34,962 bases of DNA from Pseudomonadota bacterium (GCA_039196385.1 JBCCUW010000001.1:1-34962), one strand, 5' to 3'. Positions 26,829 to 34,962 are shown, counted from the stretch's first letter. Notes: generated by a model from the sequence alone, not told the origin. Made by a program: numbers and translations.

Positions 26829-28433
26829 ATGCGACCAAAACTCATACGTCTGGCTCAATCCGCCGGCATACTCTTATTGTTAGTAGCGGGCGGCGCCATC
26901 AGCTCCAGCCATAGAGAGGCGCCGTTCATCACCAAACTACCCCAGGTGGATTCCACTGACTTTTATATGTTTGTCAGTTATGAACCGGGACGCCAGGATT
27001 ATGTAACCTTCTTGGCCAACTACATCCCCGTGCAGGCTCCGTACGGCGGACCAAACTACTTTCCACTGGACGTTGACGCAGCCTACGAAATTCTCATCGA
27101 CAACAATGGTGACGGTGTCGAAGATATGACGTTCCAATTCAATTTCGACGACGTGTTGCCAGCCGGTGACGTGATTGCGTTGGACATCGATGGAACGCCC
27201 GTGACATCCGTACTACGGAATATCGGCGGCATCTCCGCGGACGACGAAAGCGGTCTGAATCACGTACAGACTTATTCTGTGTCGTTGATCGAAGGAGACC
27301 GACGCACTGGCAACGTCAGCCCTGTGACCAACACCGCTGACGGCAGCAGCACGTTTCGTAAACCTTTTGACTACTCCGGAACCAAAACCTTCGGCGGTCC
27401 TGGCAACTACGGCTCCTATGCAGACAGTTTTATCTACGACATCGACATTCCAGCCTGCAGTGGTGGCCGCGTTTTTGTCGGACAGCGCTACGAGGCATTT
27501 AAGCTGGCTCTGGGCGAGGTATTTGATCTGGTCAACTTTGTCCCTGTAGAGGGAGATTCAGCACCGGGCGCAGGAGATGCCGGAGGCTTTCCCGGTGGCA
27601 TTACACAGGACCCGGCGCGTAATGCCCTGATTCGCAACAACGTCACCACAATCGCTCTGGAAGTGCACAAAGACTGCCTCGGCAATAGCCCGGTTGTTGG
27701 CGGCTGGACCACTGCCAGTCTACCCCAGGGCCGAATCCTGAACCCACAGCCGAGCTTCGACCGCCCTCAGGTTAACGGCGGCGCCCTCACCCAGGTCTCA
27801 CGACTATCAGCCCCACTGGTGAACGAACTGGTCATTGGTTATGACCAGAAAGATCTTTTTAATGCCAGCGAACCTGCCAACGACGGACAATTTGCGACCT
27901 TCGTGACAAACCCCGTCATGCCCGCAATTCTGGATATCCTTTTCCGGGACGCGGTCAATACCACGTTGGGGGCAACCATCCCCAATCTGGCACCCAGCAA
28001 CTTTCCCAGAGCCGACCTGGTGGCCGCCTTTCTCACCGGATTTGACGGTGTTAACGCCTTTGCCAACGGTACGGCCAGCGAAATGCTGCGGCTTAATCTG
28101 GATATCGCGCCCACCCAACGTGTCAACCAGCAACCGCTTGGGGTTGCCGCCGGTGATCTGGCAGGCTTTCCCAACGGGCGTCGCCCAGGCGATGACGTGG
28201 TGGACATTGCCTTGCGCGTGGTGATGGGTGCGCTGTGCCACGACCTACCGCTGGGAGAAAATGGCAGCGGTGTTAATCTGGGTCTGTGCTCACCCGACGA
28301 CGCGCCGGTAGGCAACGTGCCATTTACTGACGGTGCACCGCTCAGTGCGATGGATTTGAACAATCGCTTTCCGTATCTATTGACGCCTTATCCCGGCTCG
28401 CCCACCGATGCGCCTCTGCCGCAACCGGAGTAA
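26829..28433 (+). CDS. DUF4331 family secreted protein
   Basis: Signal peptide followed by SSHREAP. Motifs D.TDFYMF.SYE, P.GGPNY, QVSRL..PLVNE, EMLRLN, AGFPNGRRPGDDVVDI.L and FPYL..P. AAGGAG SD. Confidence 0.92.
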   Translation: MRPKLIRLAQSAGILLLLVAGGAISSSHREAPFITKLPQVDSTDFYMFVSYEPGRQDYVTFLANYIPVQAPYGGPNYFPLDVDAAYEILIDNNGDGVEDMTFQFNFDDVLPAGDVIALDIDGTPVTSVLRNIGGISADDESGLNHVQTYSVSLIEGDRRTGNVSPVTNTADGSSTFRKPFDYSGTKTFGGPGNYGSYADSFIYDIDIPACSGGRVFVGQRYEAFKLALGEVFDLVNFVPVEGDSAPGAGDAGGFPGGITQDPARNALIRNNVTTIALEVHKDCLGNSPVVGGWTTASLPQGRILNPQPSFDRPQVNGGALTQVSRLSAPLVNELVIGYDQKDLFNASEPANDGQFATFVTNPVMPAILDILFRDAVNTTLGATIPNLAPSNFPRADLVAAFLTGFDGVNAFANGTASEMLRLNLDIAPTQRVNQQPLGVAAGDLAGFPNGRRPGDDVVDIALRVVMGALCHDLPLGENGSGVNLGLCSPDDAPVGNVPFTDGAPLSAMDLNNRFPYLLTPYPGSPTDAPLPQPE

Positions 28434-28438
28434 CTGTC

Positions 28439-28939
28439 ATGACTTCAAAGAAAAGACTTGTTTGTACTGTTTTGGTAAGCCTGCTGGTCACCGCTTGCGG
28501 TAGCGGCGGCTCCTCCAATCGGCCACCGGTGTTGAGTGATATCGCTGATATCGAGATCAGCGCAAACGAAACTTCAGCGGCGGTCGCTGTGAGCGTGGCA
28601 GATCGGGATGCGGTCACGGTTGTCGCAGTCTCGGACAATATAGATGTTGTACCGGCTGACGGTATTGTTGTTAACGGGGCAGGCACAGAGTTCAGTCTGC
28701 TCCTCACCCCTGCTGCAGGCGCTCTGGGGAATACAACCATCACCATCACCGCCACGGACCCGGGCGGACTCACGGACGAGACCCAGTTCCTGGTCAACGT
28801 GGTGCAGCAGCAGGTCGCTTTTGAGAACTTTGTGCGGGATGTGTTCAACAACGACCCCAGTGGGTCACCGCGCGATATCAACTCAAGAACGTTCACCAAC
28901 GACGCATTGAATGATGATTTCTCTGACCTGCTCAATTAG
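28439..28939 (+). CDS. Lipoprotein with an Ig/cadherin-like domain
   Basis: Lipobox LVTA-C-GSGG. Beta-sandwich pattern N.PPVL..I.D ... G.TTITITATD.GG...F.V.V. Acidic C-terminal tail PRDIN ... DDFSDLL. Confidence 0.8.
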   Translation: MTSKKRLVCTVLVSLLVTACGSGGSSNRPPVLSDIADIEISANETSAAVAVSVADRDAVTVVAVSDNIDVVPADGIVVNGAGTEFSLLLTPAAGALGNTTITITATDPGGLTDETQFLVNVVQQQVAFENFVRDVFNNDPSGSPRDINSRTFTNDALNDDFSDLLN

Positions 28940-28967
28940 TTGGACTATCCGCGTCTTAAGCACGTTG

Positions 28968-29936
28968 ATGTGTGTCTTTTTGTGCGTCTTTTTGTGCTTT
29001 TGGGCCTGCAAGGCCCAGGCGCACAACCTGAGCAATCACACTGACAACGTAGTCGTGAAATCATTGCGCGACGTAGAAACGCAACTGATGCGCTATCGCG
29101 AAACCGGTAATGATGCGCTACTGGATGCCGTCGGGACTTACTTCGCTGAAAACACGCCAGCATCACCGCAAGGGCGCCTGTTACATGTCTGGCACGCTCA
29201 GGCAGCGCATGATTTCACCCTGGCCAGCCGCATACTGGCACCGGCTCTGCAGGGGAATAACATAGACGCCTGGCTGCTGGCCGCCAACCTCCAGCGGGTT
29301 ATGGGCAACTCTTCAGCCGCTGAGACAGCCTGTCAGCGAGTTTCCGACACCGCCCCGTTGCAAGGTCAACTTTGCTTATTGCAGGTGCGTGTCCACCGCG
29401 GCGATAAGCCTGATCCGGCTCAACTTAGCGAACTGCAGCGACTGTACAAATGGATGCACCAGAACCGATCGCTTACGCATGAACAGCACGCCTGGATCAT
29501 GGGTATATTTACTGAAGCACACCTGGCGCTGAACGAACCCTTGAAATCACGCCATTGGTCAGCACAGGCATACGCCACGAGCCCTACAGTGCAGAATCGC
29601 GCAGCTCATGCGTCACAGCTGTTGTTGACCGGTGAAGCTGACGAGGTGCTCCGCTTGATCGATACCAGCGAAACAGCGCCGGCACTTGTGGTTTTGCGCT
29701 TGCGGGCCTTGCAACGGCTGGGCCAACTGGACTCTGTCGCCGCGACGGTCAACCAAGTCGACAGACAGTTTCGCCATGACATCGCTCATAACGATCTGTT
29801 GCACGCGCGCGAAATGGCGGTGTTCTACTTGGATATTCTGCCTGATCAAGCACTGGCCGAGCACCTGGCGCGCAAGAACTGGGCGCTGCAGAAAGAACTG
29901 GAAGATCGCCGTTTACTGGAAAGGGTCGAAGGATGA
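28968..29936 (+). CDS. Secreted TPR-like helical-repeat protein
   Basis: Signal peptide (AQA-H), Ala/Leu-rich helical repeats, HAREMA.F.L ... A..NW..QKE..D..LL tail typical of DUF4331-linked TPR proteins. Start uncertain. Confidence 0.75.
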   Translation: MCVFLCVFLCFWACKAQAHNLSNHTDNVVVKSLRDVETQLMRYRETGNDALLDAVGTYFAENTPASPQGRLLHVWHAQAAHDFTLASRILAPALQGNNIDAWLLAANLQRVMGNSSAAETACQRVSDTAPLQGQLCLLQVRVHRGDKPDPAQLSELQRLYKWMHQNRSLTHEQHAWIMGIFTEAHLALNEPLKSRHWSAQAYATSPTVQNRAAHASQLLLTGEADEVLRLIDTSETAPALVVLRLRALQRLGQLDSVAATVNQVDRQFRHDIAHNDLLHAREMAVFYLDILPDQALAEHLARKNWALQKELEDRRLLERVEG

Positions 29937-30487
29937 GTACCAGGCGGGATAAGATCAACCCATCACGCACTCGGATGCTGCACGTGGATGACACTACCCT
30001 GCTCAACAAGGTAGCCCGGGGTGATCGCAGCGCTTTTCAGCAGCTGTATTACCGCACCAGCGGGCGCCTGCTCGCAATCGCCATCACGATGCTGGGGAGT
30101 CGAACTCTGGCTGAAGATCTGCTGCAGGATGCCTTTGTCAAAATCTGGTATTCCGCAGACAATTTTGACGCGGCAAGGGGCGAGCCCCTTGCATGGATGA
30201 TAACAATCACACGCAACCTGGCCATCGACCGCCTGCGCCAGAACAGGTTAGTCAGTAATACCGAAGATTTTGAAGCGTCCCATCTGCCGACTCTGAAAGA
30301 TGAAAATCAACGTCTGGCCGATTGTTTGCAGAGCCTGGAATCGCCGCAACGGCAAAGTATATTTGCGGCATTTTTCCAGGGGCTGACCCATCAGGAGATC
30401 GCCGCGCGGTTCGCTGAGCCCATTGGCACCATTAAGAGCAGAGTCCGTCGTGGTCTGGCAGCGTTAAAAGGGTGTATGGAAGGATGA
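29933..30487 (+). CDS. ECF RNA polymerase sigma factor (SigK-like)
   Basis: GDRSAFQQLY, AEDLLQDAFVKIW...FD..RG..AWM..I.RNLAIDRLR and GLTHQEIA....PIGTIKSRVRRGL. ATGA overlap with the TPR gene. Confidence 0.93.
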   Translation: MSTRRDKINPSRTRMLHVDDTTLLNKVARGDRSAFQQLYYRTSGRLLAIAITMLGSRTLAEDLLQDAFVKIWYSADNFDAARGEPLAWMITITRNLAIDRLRQNRLVSNTEDFEASHLPTLKDENQRLADCLQSLESPQRQSIFAAFFQGLTHQEIAARFAEPIGTIKSRVRRGLAALKGCMEG

Positions 30488-31164
30488 ACTACAATCACCC
30501 TGATCTATTGGATCGGCTGGCCGCCGAATATGCATTGGGTACCTTGCGCGGACAAGCCCGGCTACGCTTCGAGCGGCTCTGCCGGGAGCTACCAGAAGCG
30601 CGCGCGGCGGCTCAACGCTGGGAAAATCGACTGGCCGGTTTAACCGCTGCGCTACCGGAACAGGAACCTTCACCAGCAGTGTGGCGACGGATCGAGCAAC
30701 AGCTGGATACACGCGCCGGATCAGATGCGCGCTTCTGGCGCAACTGGGCCATCGCCGCGAGTATTGCGCTGATCGCGATTTCTGCTTTGTTTACGCAAAC
30801 TTACCTGCAAGAGAGCGAAGACCAGCTCGAAATTGCCGTGGTTAACGAAGCCAACTCTGTGCCCCTGTGGGTGGTGAGCATAGACTTTGACACCGGCATG
30901 CTGAGCACCCGCGCGATAAACGCAGAAGCACTGGGATTGGACAAGGTTTATCAACTATGGATGCTACCTGAGGCAGGTAGCCCGCAGTCTTTGGGATTGT
31001 TACCCATCAACGGCCAACAAGTAGTGCGCACGTTCTCACCCGCTTTATTGGACCTGTTGCGCAAAGCTGAAGGTTTAGCCGTCAGTATCGAACCCCCAGG
31101 CGGATCGCCGTTGAGCACGCCCAGTGGGCCCGTTGTTTATCAGACAACGTTGCTGGCATTGTGA
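30484..31164 (+). CDS. RskA-family anti-sigma factor
   Basis: LAAEYALGTL, P...VW.RIE, one TM helix, YQLW, SLGL and LAVSIEP.GGSP...P.GPV. ATGA overlap with the sigma gene. Confidence 0.93.
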   Translation: MNYNHPDLLDRLAAEYALGTLRGQARLRFERLCRELPEARAAAQRWENRLAGLTAALPEQEPSPAVWRRIEQQLDTRAGSDARFWRNWAIAASIALIAISALFTQTYLQESEDQLEIAVVNEANSVPLWVVSIDFDTGMLSTRAINAEALGLDKVYQLWMLPEAGSPQSLGLLPINGQQVVRTFSPALLDLLRKAEGLAVSIEPPGGSPLSTPSGPVVYQTTLLAL

Positions 31165-31244
31165 GGGCTACGCTTACTCGCTAATCTGACCCGGGCGAGA
31201 AACTCAACAAGGGGCGCAAGGAGGCGCGCAAGGAGGAAAGTACC

Positions 31245-32012
31245 GTGCAGATTGCCGAACAGTGGTTTGAGCGCCGTACGCTCAGCAATAACATCACTCT
31301 GATCACAGAGCCCTTTGTCAGTCCTCTCCTGCGGTGCAACATCTGGCATGTGCGCGGGCGCCACAAAGACTTGCTGGTCGACACCGGTCTGGGGGTAACG
31401 AGTTTGCGGCCCGCCATCGAAGACCTGCTGGAACACCCGGTTCTGGCCGTAGCCACACACTCACACTTCGACCACACCGGAGGTCTCAACGAATTTGATG
31501 AAGTTGCTGCACACCCCGCTGAACTGGACGAGTTGACGCAACCCACATTCGGCACGCTGACCGCCGCTGACCTGCCCAGGGAACTGCTGGATGAATTCGC
31601 CACCGCCGGGTACGCCGTTGAAGATCTGTTTATCGACGCACTGCCAAGTGCAGATTACGATCCGGAGAGTTTCAAGCTGCAGCCGGTGAACCCCACCCAA
31701 CTGATCGAAGAAGGCGACGTGCTCGATATTGGCGATCGCCATTTCGAAGTACTTCATTTGCCAGGACATTCGCCCGGCAGTATTGGCTTGTGGGAGCGCA
31801 GTTCAGCGACTCTGTTCTCCGGAGACGCCATTTACGATGGACCGCTGCTGGATTTTCTGCCGGAGTCAGACGTAGCCGCCTATATCGATACGATGAAGCG
31901 TCTGAAAACACTGAACGTTGACGTGGTGCACGGTGGACACGAGCCCAGCTTTGGACGCAGCCGATTGATCGAGATTGTTGACGCTTTCCTGCAGCGTCAC
32001 GACGCCTTCTGA
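31245..32012 (+). CDS. MBL-fold metallo-hydrolase (MBLAC2-like)
   Basis: Motifs VDTG, THSHFDH, PGHSPG, FSGD and GGH. AAGGAGG SD before GTG. Confidence 0.92.
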   Translation: MQIAEQWFERRTLSNNITLITEPFVSPLLRCNIWHVRGRHKDLLVDTGLGVTSLRPAIEDLLEHPVLAVATHSHFDHTGGLNEFDEVAAHPAELDELTQPTFGTLTAADLPRELLDEFATAGYAVEDLFIDALPSADYDPESFKLQPVNPTQLIEEGDVLDIGDRHFEVLHLPGHSPGSIGLWERSSATLFSGDAIYDGPLLDFLPESDVAAYIDTMKRLKTLNVDVVHGGHEPSFGRSRLIEIVDAFLQRHDAF

Positions 32013-32100
32013 TTCGACAGCCAGCCCCCAGTCAGAAAACTTGGATTTTCCACGACGGACCTCGTAATGTGTCGCGAAATCCTCGCACGGCATCCAGATC

Positions 32101-32757
32101 ATGAGTCAGATTTATACGAATACCCACCGCCAGCTGCAACAGCAATACGGCACCGAAGCCTTGGCAGACGCTATTGAAGCCGCAGCCGTCAATGAGGCAT
32201 TACAACCCGATCAAAGTGAATTTATCGCGCGGCAGATCATGTTTTTCCTGTCTTCCATCGATGAGCAGGGACGGCCAACGGTATCGTACAAAGGCGGCAC
32301 GGCCGGTTTTGTGAAAGTTCTGAACAACCGTCAATTAATGTTCCCCAGCTATGATGGCAACGGTATGTTCTATTCGATGGGCAACATTGCAGCCAACCCC
32401 CAGGTGGGTCTACTGTTTGTCGACTTTCAAACCCCTAACCGACTGCGCGCCCAGGGCCGTGCCAGCCTGGTTGATGCCGGACCGGAACTGGCGGCTTACC
32501 CGGGTGCAGATCTCGTAGTGAAGCTGGACATAGAACAGGTCTGGGTAAACTGCGCGCGCTACGTCCACCAGTTCAGCCTGACCGAGGCCTCTCCCTACGT
32601 ACCTGCCACGGATGGTTCAGCGCCTGTTGCCATGTGGAAACGCATCGAAGGTATGGCCGCACTGCTTTCACCGGAAGATCAGTCTCTGGTGGAGAGCGCT
32701 GGCACCATTACGGCCGTGGAGTATGCAACCAAACTGGCCCAGGGTGAGGTCATCTGA
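32101..32757 (+). CDS. Pyridoxamine 5'-phosphate oxidase family protein
   Basis: Motifs G.PTVSYKGG..GFV, FPSYDGNGM..S.GNI..NP.VGLLF.DF, RLR.QG.A and NCARY. Confidence 0.9.
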   Translation: MSQIYTNTHRQLQQQYGTEALADAIEAAAVNEALQPDQSEFIARQIMFFLSSIDEQGRPTVSYKGGTAGFVKVLNNRQLMFPSYDGNGMFYSMGNIAANPQVGLLFVDFQTPNRLRAQGRASLVDAGPELAAYPGADLVVKLDIEQVWVNCARYVHQFSLTEASPYVPATDGSAPVAMWKRIEGMAALLSPEDQSLVESAGTITAVEYATKLAQGEVI

Positions 32758-32758
32758 T

Positions 32759-32777
32759 CTGGCATGGACCATGCCAG
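32759..32777. terminator. Perfect inverted repeat between convergent genes
   Basis: CTGGCATGG-A-CCATGCCAG immediately after the stop codon. No U-tract. Confidence 0.4.
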
Positions 32778-32807
32778 GACCGTGAAATGGGCCTCAGACC
32801 AACCCGA

Positions 32808-33542
32808 CTAGTCAGCGCCATCCGAGGGGACAAAACCCAGCAAATCACGGCCATGCTCCAGGTCGCGATAGTTCCGCGCGTTGGCGGAGCCGGCAAAAAA
32901 TCTGGCGCATTTCGGGCTGAGCGATTCGAGTGCAGCTCGCTTTAGCGCGTCTACCACATCGCGCTGACTGCACCATACACTCCTGGCGCGCGGGAAGCTG
33001 GGCGCATCTTCTTCATTCACATAACCGATGCGTACACACACAAAGCGGGAATCGGTAGTATCCGCAAAATGTTGGGCCAATGCTTCACCCCAGACCTTGG
33101 TGCTGCCATAAATACCCGCAGGACGCACAGGTGTATCAACCGTCAGCATAGGCCACGCGTCTGGTAACGGGCTATCCGTCACCAGTGAGCGATACGGTTC
33201 ATCACGTTCGTACCCGGCGACTGTGGCCCCACTGGAGGCAAATACCACCCGGGGTACACCCGCACGCACCGCTGCTTCGAACACGTGCCGAGTACCTTCC
33301 ACGTTGGTATCCCGCAATTCATCCCAGCTGTAGTTTTCGCCGGCCTTTGCAGCCAGATGTATCACAATATCCTGATCCGCGGCTGCAGCGACCAGCGCAT
33401 CAAAATTGCTGAGGTCTGCATTAACATTGCGCACGCCGTCGACCTGCGACCGGTTAAATGCGGTCAGTTCATGATCTGCAGCTAACTCGGCACGAAGCGC
33501 ACGGCCAATTAAACCACTCATTCCGGTAATCAGTATTTTCAT
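32808..33542 (-). CDS. NAD-dependent epimerase/dehydratase (uronate-dehydrogenase-like extended SDR)
   Basis: Motifs TGMSGLIG, IHLAA, N..GT..V, FASS, YGSTK and RIG. Confidence 0.88.
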   Translation of the reverse strand: MKILITGMSGLIGRALRAELAADHELTAFNRSQVDGVRNVNADLSNFDALVAAAADQDIVIHLAAKAGENYSWDELRDTNVEGTRHVFEAAVRAGVPRVVFASSGATVAGYERDEPYRSLVTDSPLPDAWPMLTVDTPVRPAGIYGSTKVWGEALAQHFADTTDSRFVCVRIGYVNEEDAPSFPRARSVWCSQRDVVDALKRAALESLSPKCARFFAGSANARNYRDLEHGRDLLGFVPSDGAD

Positions 33543-34093
33543 CTGGGCTTGCTCGCGTGCAGTTGGGCATCCAGATAACGCCAGCCCCAGAACCAGTTGT
33601 AAGGATGCACTGCATCAGTTGTGCCTTGGTCATCTTCCAACGCCATACCCTGATTTCCCCAAGCAAAGATAGAGCCGACAAAGTTTACCGCCTGGGCTTC
33701 CCCTGCGCGATGCAGCAACTCCGTAAAATCCGCACTGCGACGACCCACCGAACAATACAGCACCAGCGGCTTGTCATGAGTGCGCGCAAAAGCAAGCAGG
33801 GTATCTGCGTCGTTGATATTGATCGCGCCGGGAATGCGACTGACCGCAAATTCAGCAGGTTCGCGTACATCGATCAGCGTCACGCCAGCCAGCCGATCCT
33901 GCAACGCATGCACATCAACGTGAGGGATATCCGGATATTGTTCGACAATATCGCGGGCCAGATCCGTCAGCGCCGCCTGACGCGGTGACGGTTGCTCTGC
34001 TTGCACCGGGACAAGCACTGCACAAAACAAACCCACACCTACAACGAGTTGCACAGTTTGCATCGCATTCGTCTTGCTGAACTTAAATCGCAT
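33539..34093 (-). CDS. Exported rhodanese-like domain protein
   Basis: Signal-like N-terminus. Motifs LIDVRE..EFAVSRIPGA, YCSVGRRS, GSIFAW and VHPYN..WG..L. Start uncertain (34105, 34093 or 34063). Confidence 0.88.
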   Translation of the reverse strand: MRFKFSKTNAMQTVQLVVGVGLFCAVLVPVQAEQPSPRQAALTDLARDIVEQYPDIPHVDVHALQDRLAGVTLIDVREPAEFAVSRIPGAININDADTLLAFARTHDKPLVLYCSVGRRSADFTELLHRAGEAQAVNFVGSIFAWGNQGMALEDDQGTTDAVHPYNWFWGWRYLDAQLHASKPR

Positions 34094-34139
34094 ATAGTCG
34101 TCCAATTGGGCATCGATCTATCACTAGGAGTGGGCAAAC

Positions 34140-34553
34140 GTGCACAAGTTCCAATTTTTACTCGCCGGCGCACTATTATTGGTTTCGGGGAGCGCCCTGT
34201 CATCCGGCGGCTTCGGCGGAGGTTCTCCGGGCGGCGGCTTAAGCGGTGGTGCAGCACCCCGCGTCGTGGACGAGGCTTACGAATTTGGTAAATCGGTGTA
34301 CAAAGGCCGCGCGCAAGGCAGTGAAAAAATTGACTACTGCGTGAAGGTCGACGGCGAGGTGAAGAAACTGAAGCGCTCTACCGCCAAGTCTTATCGCAAT
34401 GGTCCGACCCGGGACTTTGCGCTGGCGCTGATCGATTGCGAAACGCCGGATCGTCTGGCCCTCACCACCATGTCCAGAGAGCATGTGCCGCTGGTCCTGT
34501 ACTACCTGAACAAGCGTTACAAACTCGATCTGACCGACAACCCTCCAGGCTGA
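34140..34553 (+). CDS. Secreted hypothetical protein
   Basis: AGGAG SD before GTG. Signal peptide, Gly-rich linker, two Cys, C-terminal YYLNKRYKL. Confidence 0.7.
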   Translation: MHKFQFLLAGALLLVSGSALSSGGFGGGSPGGGLSGGAAPRVVDEAYEFGKSVYKGRAQGSEKIDYCVKVDGEVKKLKRSTAKSYRNGPTRDFALALIDCETPDRLALTTMSREHVPLVLYYLNKRYKLDLTDNPPG

Positions 34554-34962
34554 TAGCGCCATAAGTCGACAGCCAGGGCAAGCGCCACCGCGCCAAATTC
34601 TAACCACAGCGCCCACGTCGGCATCTGGTACAACTGTAGATTGGTGTCACCGGTATTAATACCGGTGACATAACTCAACAGGAGCACAACAGAGCAGGTC
34701 CAGGCAGTCACGGTGGGGCGCAAAACGGCAAACGCCAACCACCACACCATGTACCATGGGTTAAACACAGGTAACACGAACAGCAGCAGCGCAAACAAGA
34801 ACGTCATACCACCAAGGTAGTGTTCTGGGCTTACCAGGGGCATCTGTCGCCAACGCCGCCATCCACGGGACCTGAGCATGGACCACTGCTGCATGCCGCA
34901 AGTGCGCCAGTAAACTAGAATCGCTGTAATCGCAAAGCCGCACAGACACAGCAGCTTCAACA
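34517..34962 (-). CDS. Polytopic membrane protein, probable GT-C (GT87-like) glycosyltransferase, 5' end outside the window
   Basis: Hydrophobic TM segments with PVFNPWY..W and LLSY motifs. The frame is open to the window edge. Confidence 0.65.
   Translation of the reverse strand, partial: LKLLCLCGFAITAILVYWRTCGMQQWSMLRSRGWRRWRQMPLVSPEHYLGGMTFLFALLLFVLPVFNPWYMVWWLAFAVLRPTVTAWTCSVVLLLSYVTGINTGDTNLQLYQMPTWALWLEFGAVALALAVDLWRYQPGGLSVRSSL

Noticed and set aside
27807-28935. Minus-strand ORFs of 144-197 aa
   Set aside because: They are antisense shadows of DUF4331 and the lipoprotein.
31245-32012. MBL-fold gene taken as an antibiotic-resistance beta-lactamase
   Set aside because: It has no signal peptide, and its motifs fit cytoplasmic MBLAC2/glyoxalase II-like hydrolases.
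32018-32035. CAGCCA-N6-AGTCAG upstream of the third PNPOx gene as another WYL-type box
   Set aside because: Only 9/12 match, and there is no TANNNT at the 11-nt spacing seen in the other two copies.
1-34962. Prophage, integron or anti-phage defence island
   Set aside because: I recognised no integrase, attC-like arrays, or phage structural, nuclease or NTPase genes. Gene orientations are mixed.

Overview
About 35 kb of a moderately GC-rich proteobacterial chromosome, probably a gammaproteobacterium (inferred from the HtpX, TonB-receptor and ECF gene types). It is a mosaic of about 40 accessory genes. I saw no rRNA, tRNA, CRISPR array, transposase or integrase. Left: a DUF1772 gene preceded by a truncated NmrA-like remnant, a secreted metallophosphoesterase, AraC and hydrolase genes, and a TetR/amidohydrolase/TonB-dependent receptor unit. 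Middle: htpX and many small redox or detox genes (SDR, GST, PNPOx-like, GNAT, 2OG-Fe(II) dioxygenase) with TetR and LysR regulators. Right: a Fur-boxed siderophore receptor/PepSY cluster, then a DUF4331-lipoprotein-TPR-ECF sigma-RskA operon set back-to-back with a second ECF sigma plus cupin anti-sigma. The most notable signals are cis-regulatory. (1) Two identical divergent ECF promoters (TGCATCCA-N15-CGTAT) drive both sigma/anti-sigma pairs and the DUF4331 secreted module. (2) A 23-bp palindrome recurs upstream of the amidohydrolase, the TonB receptor and a 2OG dioxygenase 12 kb away. (3) A WYL/PafBC-like promoter (CTGACA-N6-TGKCAG-N11-TANNNT) sits in front of two PNPOx-like genes. (4) One TetR has no canonical start codon upstream of its first helix. 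All family assignments come from motif recognition by eye, not from database searches.
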